From the NCBI GenBank assembly GCA_965220655.1, contig CBDCQO010000007.1:15356-79355 (forward strand): a stretch of 64,000 nucleotides of DNA, written 5' to 3'. Positions 28,013 to 37,092 of the stretch are shown piece by piece. The position numbers and the translations under genes were made by a program. The stretch comes from Dehalococcoidia bacterium (GTDB lineage: Bacteria > Chloroflexota > Dehalococcoidia > Lucifugimonadales > Australimonadaceae). Numbering within the stretch: position 1 is the stretch's first letter; each line of letters opens with the position of its first letter. Below the pieces are notes generated by a model. It did no database searches. It saw only the letters and a list, made by a program, of their open reading frames with translations, and was not told where the DNA came from.

Positions 28013-29245
28013 ATGAACACCGAGATCATCGCCGTCGGCACCGAGCTCCTCATGGGCGAGACGCAGGACACCAACTCGTCCTGGCTCGGCCAGCGCCTGC
28101 CGGAGTTCGGGCTCGAGCTCAAGTTCGTCACCATCGTCGGCGACGACCTCACGCGCCTCACCGAAACGCTCGACCGCGCTTGGCGCAGGTCGGACGTCGT
28201 CATCGCGATGGGGGGCCTCGGGCCGACGCTCGACGACATGACGCGCGACGGCATCGCCAACATGCTCGGCGAGCAGATCACGACGGACCCGGAGCTCAGG
28301 GTGTGGCTGGAGGAGAACTTCGCGCGCCGCAACATCAACCCCATGCCGCAGCAGAACTACCGCCAGGCCGGCATCATCCCCTCCGCGGTCGCCATCCGCA
28401 ACGCCATGGGCACCGCGCCCAGCTGGTGGATAGACAGGGGCGACAAGATACTCATCACGCTCCCCGGCCCCCCGCGCGAGCTCACCAACATGTGGACCAC
28501 CGAGATCGCCCCGCGCCTGAAGGAGCGGCTCCCCGGCCAGAAGATCATGGCGCGCACCTTCAAGACCATCGGCCTGAGCGAGGCCGCGGTCGACGAGATG
28601 GTGCGCGACGTCTACGACGTCCCCGGCATGGACTTCGGCGTCTACGCGAAGCAGGACGGCATCTACCTGCGCGGCATCGCGAAGGCCGACACCGAGGCCG
28701 AGGCCCTCACGACCCTCCTCCGCGCCGAGACGATGGTGCGCGACGCTCTCGGCGACTACATCTGGGGCACCGACGAGGAGTACCCGCCGGAGCGCGTCGG
28801 CGACCTGCTGCGCGAGAAGGGGTACACGCTCGCGGTGCTGGAGTCGTGTACCGGCGGCATGATCGGCGCCGCGCTCACCGAGATCCCCGGCTCGTCCGAG
28901 TACTTCGTCGGCGGCGCCATCACCTACTCGGACGACATGAAGGTGCAGTCGGGGGTGCCGCGCGAGACTGTCGAAGCCCACGGCGCGGTGAGCGAGGAGA
29001 CCGCCCGCGCGATGGCGGACGCCGCCCGCCGCACCTACAGCGCCGACTGCGGCATCAGCGTCACGGGCGTCGCCGGACCGGGCGACCAGGACGGCGTGAA
29101 GGCGGGCACCGTCTTCATCGGCGTGTCAACGCCCGCCAGCGCGAGCGTCGTGCGCCACGAGTTCCCGTCGCGCCGCCCCCTCGTGCGCAACCGCGCCGTC
29201 ACCGCCGCCCTCCTGCAGCTCATCCGTGCCCTCCAGTCCGAATAG
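28013..29245 (+). CDS. cinA: CinA-family protein (N-terminal MoCF-binding-like domain plus C-terminal NMN deamidase PncC-like domain)
   Basis: ATG at 28013 preceded by GGAGAG. MNTEIIAVGTELLMGETQDTNSSWL is the typical CinA N-terminus. The C-terminal part has LAVLESCTGGMIGAALTEIPGSSEYFVGGAITYS. The upstream part of ORF 27368..29245 is non-coding. Confidence 0.9.
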   Translation: MNTEIIAVGTELLMGETQDTNSSWLGQRLPEFGLELKFVTIVGDDLTRLTETLDRAWRRSDVVIAMGGLGPTLDDMTRDGIANMLGEQITTDPELRVWLEENFARRNINPMPQQNYRQAGIIPSAVAIRNAMGTAPSWWIDRGDKILITLPGPPRELTNMWTTEIAPRLKERLPGQKIMARTFKTIGLSEAAVDEMVRDVYDVPGMDFGVYAKQDGIYLRGIAKADTEAEALTTLLRAETMVRDALGDYIWGTDEEYPPERVGDLLREKGYTLAVLESCTGGMIGAALTEIPGSSEYFVGGAITYSDDMKVQSGVPRETVEAHGAVSEETARAMADAARRTYSADCGISVTGVAGPGDQDGVKAGTVFIGVSTPASASVVRHEFPSRRPLVRNRAVTAALLQLIRALQSE

Positions 29246-29301
29246 TCCCCTCTCCCTAGAGGGGAGAGGGCGCGCATTGAAATGCGGGGGTGAGGGTGAA
29301 C
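29246..29301. repeat. Repeat module A' immediately after the cinA stop
   Basis: TCCCCTCTCCC-TAGA-GGGGAGAGGG, then GCGCATTGAAATGCG, then GGGGTGAGGGTGAAC. Confidence 0.9.
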
Positions 29302-29312
29302 GAGAGAGTGCA

Positions 29313-29933
29313 ATGAGAACCGGAACGCTGTCGCGAGAGACAGCTGCAGTGGCGGCCTTCATGGGAGTGGCGCTGACGGTGTTGCTGCTGCTGTCCGGAT
29401 GCAGCGGCCCCGAACCAACAGCGACGCCTACACCCACCCCCACGCCGGAGCCGACGCCGACGCCTCTGCCACCGAGGCTGGAGGATGAGCGCATCGCGGG
29501 CGATCTCGGCGCTCCCCTCGACGCTCTCCGGACGGCGATGGACCCGGTCGAGCCGGTATGGACGGTCTATCTCTACAGCGAAGACTGGCAGACGCCCGGA
29601 CGAAACACACTGATGAACGACATCTTCGAACTGCTGAAGCTGGAGAACATAGCCACCCACGACGGCTACCAGGAGCTCAGCCCGGAATCGATAGTGGCGG
29701 TCGAACCCGACATCATCATCACGGACTCGATAATCAGCGTGATCGGAAACCCTGAACTATCGGAACTGCATATGGCACTGGACGCGAGCCATATCGACCA
29801 CCACATATTCGTATTGCGCGAAGGCTATTCCTTCAGCCCGGATAGTCCGCGTTTCATGGATACCGTTGAGGAACTGGCCGCCTTTGTCTACCCGGAGGTG
29901 TTCGGCGACGACGGGCACAGCCACCCTCACTAG
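29313..29933 (+). CDS. Lipoprotein with a Pro/Thr linker and a short periplasmic-binding-protein (Peripla_BP_2)-like region
   Basis: ATG at 29313. Lipobox LLLSGC. Linker PEPTATPTPTPTPEPTPTPLPP. LSPESIVAVEPDIIIT resembles the N-lobe of siderophore/cobalamin-binding proteins, but at 206 aa it is too short for a complete SBP. Confidence 0.6.
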   Translation: MRTGTLSRETAAVAAFMGVALTVLLLLSGCSGPEPTATPTPTPTPEPTPTPLPPRLEDERIAGDLGAPLDALRTAMDPVEPVWTVYLYSEDWQTPGRNTLMNDIFELLKLENIATHDGYQELSPESIVAVEPDIIITDSIISVIGNPELSELHMALDASHIDHHIFVLREGYSFSPDSPRFMDTVEELAAFVYPEVFGDDGHSHPH

Positions 29934-30982
29934 TGCCCGCCGCCTGACGACGACGCGGCGCGCTCCTCCCGGTAGAACACCTCCTCCGGGAAGATCTCGT
30001 CCCACGGCTGCTTGCGGGCGCTGAGTCCCTGCTCCATGGAGAACGTCTGCGCCATGTCGAACGCCTTGGCGTTCGCGGTGATGCCGTAGGCGAACGGGTC
30101 GGGCCCGAACACGCCGTCGACCTCCTGCTGGAACTGCCGCCCGAACACGTAGAGCGTCGGCGGCATGGCCCGCAGCCGCTGGATGGCGAGGCGCTTGGAC
30201 GACTCGAACGCCTCCATGAGGCTCACCGCAACCCACGGGTGCTCCTCGACGATGCTCTCGCGCACGACCGTCACGTGGTGGGGAGGGAAGACCCCGTGCT
30301 TCTTGAAGAAGCGGACGGACTCCGCTTTCGGGTCGGAGAAGAGGGTGGGGAAGTCCGGGTTGTCGATCAGGTTGACGCTCTGCATGCGGTCGATGCCGGA
30401 GCCCTGGGCGGAGCCGATGCCGATGGAGGCATCGATCTCGCCGTCGAGGTACATCGAGCTGAAGTCGGTGGTCGCATGGCGCAGGTCGAGGTCTTCCGGC
30501 AGGCCGAGTCCGGCGTCCTTCGATGCGCCGGTGTGGCTGAAGTGCTCGCTGCGCTCCATGTACCAAGTCATGTCCTGCGGCTCGATGCCCCACTCCAGCT
30601 TCAGGATGCCGCGCGTCCAGAGGCCGACGGACTGCTGGTAGTCGCCGATGCCGAAGCGCTTGCCCTTCAGGTCCTCCGGGTGGTCCTGCCGGATGCCGGA
30701 CGCCTTGCGGATGTAGACGTTGGTGTAGGAGAAGGTGCGGTTGTGGAAGACGGGCAGCATGCGGTACGGGAAGCCGAGCGGCCGCATCCGCAGGTACGAC
30801 GACATCGACATCTCGGAGACGTCGTAGCGGTGGTACTTGATCTGTTCGTAGAAGACGCGCGGCACGGCGCCGGGCATCCCCTGGTAGTTGAGCGTGATGC
30901 CGTCCGGCTGCACCTCGCCGCTGATCATGGGCATGACGCGGTCGTAGGCGGTGATGGCGAACGAGAGTTCGAGGTTGGACAT
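29930..30982 (-). CDS. 4,5-dihydroxyphthalate decarboxylase-like protein (paralogue of 11303..12280)
   Basis: ATG at 30982 lies 6 nt after GGAGG. It shares YDVSEMSMSSY, LPVFHNRTFSY and GIRQDHPEDLKGKRFGIGDYQQSVGLW with the first paralogue. Confidence 0.65.
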   Translation of the reverse strand: MSNLELSFAITAYDRVMPMISGEVQPDGITLNYQGMPGAVPRVFYEQIKYHRYDVSEMSMSSYLRMRPLGFPYRMLPVFHNRTFSYTNVYIRKASGIRQDHPEDLKGKRFGIGDYQQSVGLWTRGILKLEWGIEPQDMTWYMERSEHFSHTGASKDAGLGLPEDLDLRHATTDFSSMYLDGEIDASIGIGSAQGSGIDRMQSVNLIDNPDFPTLFSDPKAESVRFFKKHGVFPPHHVTVVRESIVEEHPWVAVSLMEAFESSKRLAIQRLRAMPPTLYVFGRQFQQEVDGVFGPDPFAYGITANAKAFDMAQTFSMEQGLSARKQPWDEIFPEEVFYREERAASSSGGGH

Positions 30983-31054
30983 GGCGGGCCTCCGCACGGG
31001 CAGGGTGCGGCGATGATACCCCAGACCGCTGGCCAGTGTGCCGGGCAGCTTGCG

Positions 31055-31430
31055 CTACCCGATCTCCAGCGTGCGGAAGACGCCGCGCTGCAGGGCGGCG
31101 GTCGCGAGGAGCTGCTCCAGGACGACCTGCGCCTCGGGGGCGGCGCAGGTCCAGCGACGACGCGCCGATGGCGCGGTAGAGGACGCCCGAACCCACCTTC
31201 GTACTCACCTCGCCGCCGACCTCCTGCGGCAGGTCGACGCCGAGCGCGAGGGCCATCGCCTGCGCCTGCAGCGCGCCGACGCCGGAGGCGTGCGTCTTGG
31301 TGAGCGCGCGGCGGTTGTAGAGCAGGGTGTAGCCGTTCTTGTTGCGCTTGATGGTGACCGGGGTCTCGCCGCGCGGGCGGTTGATGAGGCGCTCCGCGTA
31401 GTCGAGCGCTTTCGTTCGGGAGAGGGCCAT
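31055..31430 (-). pseudogene. Small gene (~124 aa) interrupted by a +1 frameshift in a C5 run
   Basis: From the ATG at 31430 the frame reads MALSRTKALDYAERLINRPRGETPVTIKRNKNGYTLLYNRR...YRAIGASSLDLRR, then turns Arg/Pro-rich. The +1 frame after the homopolymer at 31136-31140 reads PEAQVVLEQLLATAALQRGVFRTLEIG-stop. Total length is 3n+1. Confidence 0.55.
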
Positions 31431-31433
31431 GCG

Positions 31434-33161
31434 CTATCCCCGCTGTACGCCCATGTTGAGGCCGAAGTAGCGGGCGACGACCGCGATGCCGAGCGTCATG
31501 AAGACGATGAGCGCCCCGACGACCGATGCTTCCTCGAACCGCCCGTCGACGATGTGGTCGAGCTGGAGTATGGCCAGCGGCCGGGTCGATGACGTGGTGA
31601 GGATGGCGATGTGGCTCACCGCGCGCGTCGCGCCGACGAACGCGAGCGTCCCCACGGCGATGAGCGTCGGCGCCATGAGCGGCAGGACGATGCGTCTGAA
31701 CGTGTAGAGCCAGCCCGCGCCCGCGAGCCACGAGGCCTCTTCCAGCTCGGCGCTGATCTGCAGGAGGTTGCTCTTGAGCAGCTGCACGCCGATGGTCATC
31801 GAGGTCACCGAGACGGCGGCTATGAGCGCCCAGTGGGTGCCGAAGAGCGGCCGCAGCAGCGGGATGTTCAGGAGCACGAGCATGAGGCCGAGACCGAGGA
31901 CAATGCCGGGGATCGTGATGGGCATCCAGGAGACGAAGTCCAGGACGTGCCGCCCGGTGAATCGGGTCCTGACGACGATGTAAGCGACCGTGGAGTAGAC
32001 CGTCATCGCGACGCCTGCGGCTCCGAAGGCGATGATGAGCGTGTTCTTCACCGAACTGAGGAAGATGGGGTCGGCCAGCACGTCCGTCCAGTTCTCCATG
32101 GTGAACGGTGAGCCGGTCACGTCGAAGAAGCCGAACAGCTTCATGAAGGTGCCGAGCATCATCATGCTCAGCGGCACGACGGTGATGAGGCTGATGAAGA
32201 ACATCGCTCCGGCGAACGCGGGCCAGCGGAACTTTCCGAGCGGGAAGAGCTGGGGCTTGAACTGGCCGGTGATGGTGGTGTAGCGCCTGCGCCTGGCGTT
32301 CCACTGCTGCAGAAGGATCAGCGGCGTCATCAGCACCAGCACGGAGACGCCCAGTGCCGTGGCGTTGGCGAACGAGGGCGGCTGCTTGGCGACCTCGCGG
32401 AAGATGAACGTTCCGTAGTTGAAGAACTGGATAGGGGGGCCGACGACACGCTCGATCTCGAAGCTCTCCAGTCCGAACAGGATGCCGAGCAGGACGACCG
32501 TCATGATGGCCGGAGTCATGATGGGCATGACGATCCGCACGAGGGTGAACGGACCGCTGGTGCCGCAGACCCTCGCGGCCTCCTCCAGCGAGGCGTCCAT
32601 GTTCTGGAACACGGGGCGGAGGAGGATGGCTTTGACGGCGATCGTCTTCGTGACGAGGTGCAGCCAGACGATGCCGGCCATAGAGTAGATGTTGAAGGGG
32701 CCGCTGCCGCCGAACAGCCCAGCCCACGCCTGGTTGAGCAGCCCGAACTCGGGCGCGAGGAGCAGGATGTAGCCGAGCACGACAGGCAGCGTGGGCAGGA
32801 AGAAGGCGACCCAGAAGGCGAGGTCTATCCACTCCTTGCCGGGGAGATCGGTGCGGGCCGTGAGCCAGGCGAGCGTGATGCCGATGGGGGTCGCTACGGT
32901 CTGGACGATGACGACGATGAGGATGGTGTTCCACAGGGCCTGGATGAGGCCGGGGTTCTGATAGGCGGACACCCAGTTGGAGATGCCCCATCCGGCGCGA
33001 GGGGTGAAGACGCCGTCGCCGATCTTGAAGCTGTCCACGAAGAGCAGGAGGATGGGATAGAGGACGATGACGCCCACCCACATGATGACGATCATGAAGA
33101 GGACCGTCTTGACCTCCACCCTGAGCAGCGCCGGGCGCAGTTGGCCTATTCGGGTTGCCAT
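31434..33161 (-). CDS. ABC transporter permease, fused double permease domain (iron(III)/polyamine-type binding-protein-dependent family)
   Basis: ATG at 33161 (MATRIGQLRPALLRV...). About 12 TM helices. Two EAA-loop-like regions are present (LEEAARVCGTSGPFTLVRIVMP and LEEASWLAGAGWLYTFRRIVLP). Confidence 0.85.
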   Translation of the reverse strand: MATRIGQLRPALLRVEVKTVLFMIVIMWVGVIVLYPILLLFVDSFKIGDGVFTPRAGWGISNWVSAYQNPGLIQALWNTILIVVIVQTVATPIGITLAWLTARTDLPGKEWIDLAFWVAFFLPTLPVVLGYILLLAPEFGLLNQAWAGLFGGSGPFNIYSMAGIVWLHLVTKTIAVKAILLRPVFQNMDASLEEAARVCGTSGPFTLVRIVMPIMTPAIMTVVLLGILFGLESFEIERVVGPPIQFFNYGTFIFREVAKQPPSFANATALGVSVLVLMTPLILLQQWNARRRRYTTITGQFKPQLFPLGKFRWPAFAGAMFFISLITVVPLSMMMLGTFMKLFGFFDVTGSPFTMENWTDVLADPIFLSSVKNTLIIAFGAAGVAMTVYSTVAYIVVRTRFTGRHVLDFVSWMPITIPGIVLGLGLMLVLLNIPLLRPLFGTHWALIAAVSVTSMTIGVQLLKSNLLQISAELEEASWLAGAGWLYTFRRIVLPLMAPTLIAVGTLAFVGATRAVSHIAILTTSSTRPLAILQLDHIVDGRFEEASVVGALIVFMTLGIAVVARYFGLNMGVQRG

Positions 33162-34246
33162 GCGCTGACCGCTCCTTCGGGCAGGTAGACGGTGAGGGTG
33201 TCCCCCTCCTTCTTCCGGGTGTCGCGCGGGAGCGAGATCATCACCGCGTTTCCCGCGAGTTGCAGGTAGCACTCGTACCGGTCGCCAACGAACAGCAGGT
33301 TCTCGATCGTGCCTTCCAGCAGGTTGGACTCGGCGCCGGGCTCTCCGCCGACGACCACGTCTTCCGGCCGCACCGACAGGGTCGCGGCATTCCCCACGAC
33401 GAGGTCCTTCGACACGTGCGCTCCCGCGATCACGCTCTGCGAACCGCCGTCGATGCTCACTTCGAGTTTGCCGGAGCCGTCCACGGAGACGACGGTGCCG
33501 GGGAGCTTCAGCATCTTGCCGAGGAAGTCGCGCACGAAGGAGTCCTCGGGCTGTTCGTAGAGCACCTTCGGTTCGGCGACCTGGATGGCGTGCCCGTCGC
33601 TCATGACCGCTATGCGGTCCGACAGGCTGAGCGCTTCCGTCTGGTCGTGCGTGACGAACAGGACGGTGATGCCGAGCGTTTTCTGCAGTTGCTTCACCTC
33701 GACTCGCATCTGCTCCCGCAGCTTCGAGTCGAGGTTGCTGAACGGCTCGTCGAGCAACAGTACGGCGGGTTCATAGATGAGGGCGCGGGCGAGCGCAACG
33801 CGCTGCTGCTGGCCTCCGCTGAGCATCGGCGCGGGGCGGGACTCGAGGCCGTCCAAACCGACGAGGTTGAGCACGCGCTCCACGCGCTCCCGTATCTCGG
33901 CGCGCTTCATCCGCCGGATGCGGAGCGGGTAACTGACGTTGTCGAACACGTTCATGTGCGGCCAGATGGCGTAGGACTGGAACACCATCCCCATCATGCG
34001 CTGGTGGGGCGGCACGAACGTGTTGCGCGGGACGGAAGCGACCAGCCGGTCGCGCACCCATATCTCGCCATTGTCCGGCTGTTCGAGGCCGGCAACGAGA
34101 CGGAGAGTCGTCGTCTTCCCGCAGCCGCTCGGTCCGAGCAGCGTGAATATCTCTCCCGCCTGCACGTCGAGCGAGACCTGGTCGACAGCCTTGGTTGTGC
34201 CGAAGGTCCTGCTCACACGGTCCAGTTGGAGGATGCTGTCCGACAT
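33146..34246 (-). CDS. ABC transporter ATP-binding protein (PotA/FbpC/MalK-like with a C-terminal regulatory domain)
   Basis: ATG at 34246 (MSDSILQLDRVSRTFG). Walker A GPSGCGKTT, signature LSGGQQQRVALARAL, Walker B LLLDEPFSNLD. Confidence 0.9.
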   Translation of the reverse strand: MSDSILQLDRVSRTFGTTKAVDQVSLDVQAGEIFTLLGPSGCGKTTTLRLVAGLEQPDNGEIWVRDRLVASVPRNTFVPPHQRMMGMVFQSYAIWPHMNVFDNVSYPLRIRRMKRAEIRERVERVLNLVGLDGLESRPAPMLSGGQQQRVALARALIYEPAVLLLDEPFSNLDSKLREQMRVEVKQLQKTLGITVLFVTHDQTEALSLSDRIAVMSDGHAIQVAEPKVLYEQPEDSFVRDFLGKMLKLPGTVVSVDGSGKLEVSIDGGSQSVIAGAHVSKDLVVGNAATLSVRPEDVVVGGEPGAESNLLEGTIENLLFVGDRYECYLQLAGNAVMISLPRDTRKKEGDTLTVYLPEGAVSAWQPE

Positions 34247-34328
34247 CGAAACCCCGGCGTAGTGCTCGCCCGATCGGGAAAGCCGTCTGCCGGTGAGGCG
34301 CATCACGCCTCACCGGCAGTGGTCAGCC

Positions 34329-35549
34329 TTACTGTATCAGGACGCCCTGCACCAGTTCCGTGAACCGGGCGCGGTCTTCCGCGAGCGCCTCGTCCTGGCT
34401 GAGCCGGAACGTCGTGAGGTCTTCTTCCGTTACGGTCAGGTTGCAGCGCCCGCACTCGACGTCCTTGCGGCGGCTGTTGGTGGGCACCGCCTCGTTCCAC
34501 AACTGCTGGTGCTCCTTGGTGAGCAGCCAGTTCACGTACACCTTGGCGGCGTTGGGGTGGGGCATGTTGTTGTGCAACTGGAGCGATTCGCAGGCGTTGC
34601 TGAGGCTCGGGGCCTCTTGCGAGAGCGGCGCGATGTGGCTGAGGTCGACGCCCTCCGCGGTGAAGTCCCGGAGTTCGTTGGTGTCGACGGTCGTCGCTAT
34701 CGCGTACTGCCCGCGAAGCAGGAACTCGATCTGCTGGCGGTGGTCGCGGATCACGACGGGTTCGTTCGCCAGGAGGTCGTTGAGCCAATCCTCTCCGTAC
34801 TGGAGCATCTGCATCATCATCGTGTTCTGGGCTGCCCCGCCCTCGGAGCTGATGGCGATGATCTGGCCCTTCCACTTCGGGTCGGCGAGCTGCTCGACGG
34901 AGTTGAGTTCCGACTCGGGGACGAGGTCCCGGTTGACCCAGAAGCTCTCTCCCGCCGAGGAGGTAAGCACGATAGGCCAGGCGAACTGCTTGGTCTTGTC
35001 CAGCCAGACGCCGTCAATGCCGCCGAGCCAGACGTCCGGGTCGCGGACCTCCGGCAGGATGAACCACTCGTCGAAGTCCAGCGGCGCGTGGGTGCTGTTC
35101 GTGTGCATCGCGCTGAACGTCGTGGTGTCGGCGCCGCCGATGCGGATGTCGAAGTTGTGCTGTCCGAACCCGGCCTCACGGACGACGAGCGGCCAGAGGT
35201 CGCGGCTGTTGAACGGCTGGTGCTCCAGGGTGATGTTCGGGAACTGCTCGGCCCAGCCCTCGTTCATGGCGCGGCGGCGGCCCTCGCCTCCGCAGGAGGT
35301 GACGACTACTTTGCCTTCCTCCTCCGCCGCGGCGATGGTCTCTTCCCACCGAACTTCCCACTCGGGGCGCGACGGTGTCGGCGTTGCCGTTGCCACCTGG
35401 ACCGGCATCGGCGTTGGCGTGGCTTCGGGTGGCGGAGTGGGCGTGGGAGCGGGGGTTGGCGTTGCGGTGGGGTCCGCTCCACAGGCAGCCAGCAGCGCCG
35501 TCATGGCTGCCAGCAGTGTCACTAACAAAGTACGTCGTAACCGCATCAT
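34329..35549 (-). CDS. ABC transporter substrate-binding lipoprotein
   Basis: Signal and lipobox MMRLRRTLLVTLLAAMTALLAACG. Pro/Thr linker TPTPAPTPTPPPEATPTP. It is the first gene of the SBP-ATPase-permease array. Confidence 0.8.
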   Translation of the reverse strand: MMRLRRTLLVTLLAAMTALLAACGADPTATPTPAPTPTPPPEATPTPMPVQVATATPTPSRPEWEVRWEETIAAAEEEGKVVVTSCGGEGRRRAMNEGWAEQFPNITLEHQPFNSRDLWPLVVREAGFGQHNFDIRIGGADTTTFSAMHTNSTHAPLDFDEWFILPEVRDPDVWLGGIDGVWLDKTKQFAWPIVLTSSAGESFWVNRDLVPESELNSVEQLADPKWKGQIIAISSEGGAAQNTMMMQMLQYGEDWLNDLLANEPVVIRDHRQQIEFLLRGQYAIATTVDTNELRDFTAEGVDLSHIAPLSQEAPSLSNACESLQLHNNMPHPNAAKVYVNWLLTKEHQQLWNEAVPTNSRRKDVECGRCNLTVTEEDLTTFRLSQDEALAEDRARFTELVQGVLIQ

Positions 35550-35603
35550 GGTTCCTCCCTGTTCGTGTAGTGCGGTGCTGTGTTCGAGGGCAGGGGATGC
35601 ACG

Positions 35604-36875
35604 TCAGCGTGCGGCAGCCCCCACTTTCAGGTACTGCCTCCACGATGCGCGCCAGTCTTCGCCCGCGGGCACGATGGCGTCCGCGCAGATCAGGTCCTCG
35701 TAGTCGTTGCGGGCCGGGTCGTGCGTCACGTTGGGCGGTTCTGCGCCGTCCTGTACGGCGCGGATGGCCTGCAGCAGCAGGCGGCGGTGCGCGGCGATAG
35801 CCTTGTCCGTCGTGCCGAGGTGCTCTACCGAGCGGTCCTGTATCCCTCCCTGCGTCTCGGTCGCGTACTGGTCGTGCACGACGAAGAAGCGGCCCATGCC
35901 GATGAAGCTGGTGGCGACCATCTCATCGCGGTCCTGCATGAAGCGGTTGGAGAGGTTCCGGTGCGGCACCCAGCCGTCGCCCATCTGGGAAAAGAAGTCC
36001 TCACGAAGCTGCTCTTTGTCCAGCGGTCCGCCACGCTTGAAGTTGACGCGGAACTTCCAGTGGTGGGTGTCGTCTATGGGGACGTGCCAGTTGATGTTGA
36101 AGCCGTCCACGCCCTGCGGGTTCGGCGCCATGTTGGGATAGACGAAGTTGGTCACGCGCACGTAGCTCGCTCCGTCGCCGCCGTCGCGTACGGAGAATAT
36201 GCGCAGTCCGAAGAAGGTCTCTTCCACCTCGATCGTCGGGCTCACGTCGTGGGTGAAGTAGGAGTTGGAGGAGCCGGTGCCGCCCACGACCGCGCGCGCC
36301 CGTTCGTCCTCGCGCAGGAAGCGGTGGAGGTAGGAGAGGTGCACGGGGTCTATGTTGCCTTCGTTGCCCTGCAGGTAGTTGCAGGCGGAGAAGACCTTGG
36401 ATGCGAAGACAGACTCCTGAGGGGCCGTCAGGAACTCGTAGGCGGGGAGCAGCGGCGGCTCGCCGGGGCCCATGTAGGCGAGGATGAGGTCGCCGGCTTC
36501 GACGCACGGGTAGGCGGGGTGCCTGACCTTGTCCTTGAAGGTGCTGCCCTCCCGCTCGCCGGGCTGTTCGAGGCAGTTGCCGTGGACGTCGTACAGCCAG
36601 CCGTGGTAGAGGCAGCGCAGCCCGCCGTCCTCGATGCGCCCGTAGCTCAGGTCGGCGGCGCGGTGCGAGCAGTGGATACCGAGCAGGCCGAGCTCGCCGT
36701 ACTGGTTGCGGAAGAGCGCGAGGTCTTCGCCGAGGATCCGCACGTGCAGGGGAGCGCCACCGGCCGGCAACTCCTCAGCGAGGGCGACAGGGTGCCAGTA
36801 ACGGCGGAGCATCTCGCCGCCCGGCGTGCCCGGCCCCGTCTGGGTGAGTAGCGCATTGTCTTCCGGGCTGAGCAT
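35604..36875 (-). CDS. Rieske [2Fe-2S] aromatic-ring/demethylase-type oxygenase, alpha-only (phthalate-family type)
   Basis: Rieske motif CSHRAADLSYG...CLYHGWLYD. Mononuclear iron motif NYLQGNEGNIDPVHLSYLH. Confidence 0.85.
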   Translation of the reverse strand: MLSPEDNALLTQTGPGTPGGEMLRRYWHPVALAEELPAGGAPLHVRILGEDLALFRNQYGELGLLGIHCSHRAADLSYGRIEDGGLRCLYHGWLYDVHGNCLEQPGEREGSTFKDKVRHPAYPCVEAGDLILAYMGPGEPPLLPAYEFLTAPQESVFASKVFSACNYLQGNEGNIDPVHLSYLHRFLREDERARAVVGGTGSSNSYFTHDVSPTIEVEETFFGLRIFSVRDGGDGASYVRVTNFVYPNMAPNPQGVDGFNINWHVPIDDTHHWKFRVNFKRGGPLDKEQLREDFFSQMGDGWVPHRNLSNRFMQDRDEMVATSFIGMGRFFVVHDQYATETQGGIQDRSVEHLGTTDKAIAAHRRLLLQAIRAVQDGAEPPNVTHDPARNDYEDLICADAIVPAGEDWRASWRQYLKVGAAAR

Positions 36876-37010
36876 CGCCGTTCTCCTCGCAGCGTCGTTA
36901 CTCTGCCGACCGTACCCTCGAGGGCAAACTAGCCCAGCACCCAGGCAAAGTCAATATAAGGATTGGAGGTTACCTGCATCGCACGGGCGCAGCGGTACGA
37001 TTCACGCGCA

Positions 37011-37039
37011 TTGACAGGGGAAATGGCAATCCATACATT
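37011..37039 (+). promoter_or_regulatory. Candidate sigma-70-type promoter for the Rieske oxygenase gene at 37093
   Basis: TTGACA (37011-37016), 17-nt spacer, TACATT (37034-37039), 54 nt upstream of the ATG. It lies in the AT-richer divergent spacer between two oxygenase genes. Confidence 0.45.
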
Positions 37040-37092
37040 CATGGAAGACGCTTGGATAGACGGGCACAGGAGCTGCTGCACGGGAGGAACCG

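Noticed and set aside
29757-33081. 557-aa (29757..31430) and 718-aa (30925..33081) minus-strand ORFs
   Set aside because: Only the first ~95 codons of the 557-aa ORF look real (see the frameshift finding). The rest runs out of frame across the decarboxylase-like gene. The 718-aa ORF is an Arg/His/Pro-rich alternative frame of the permease.
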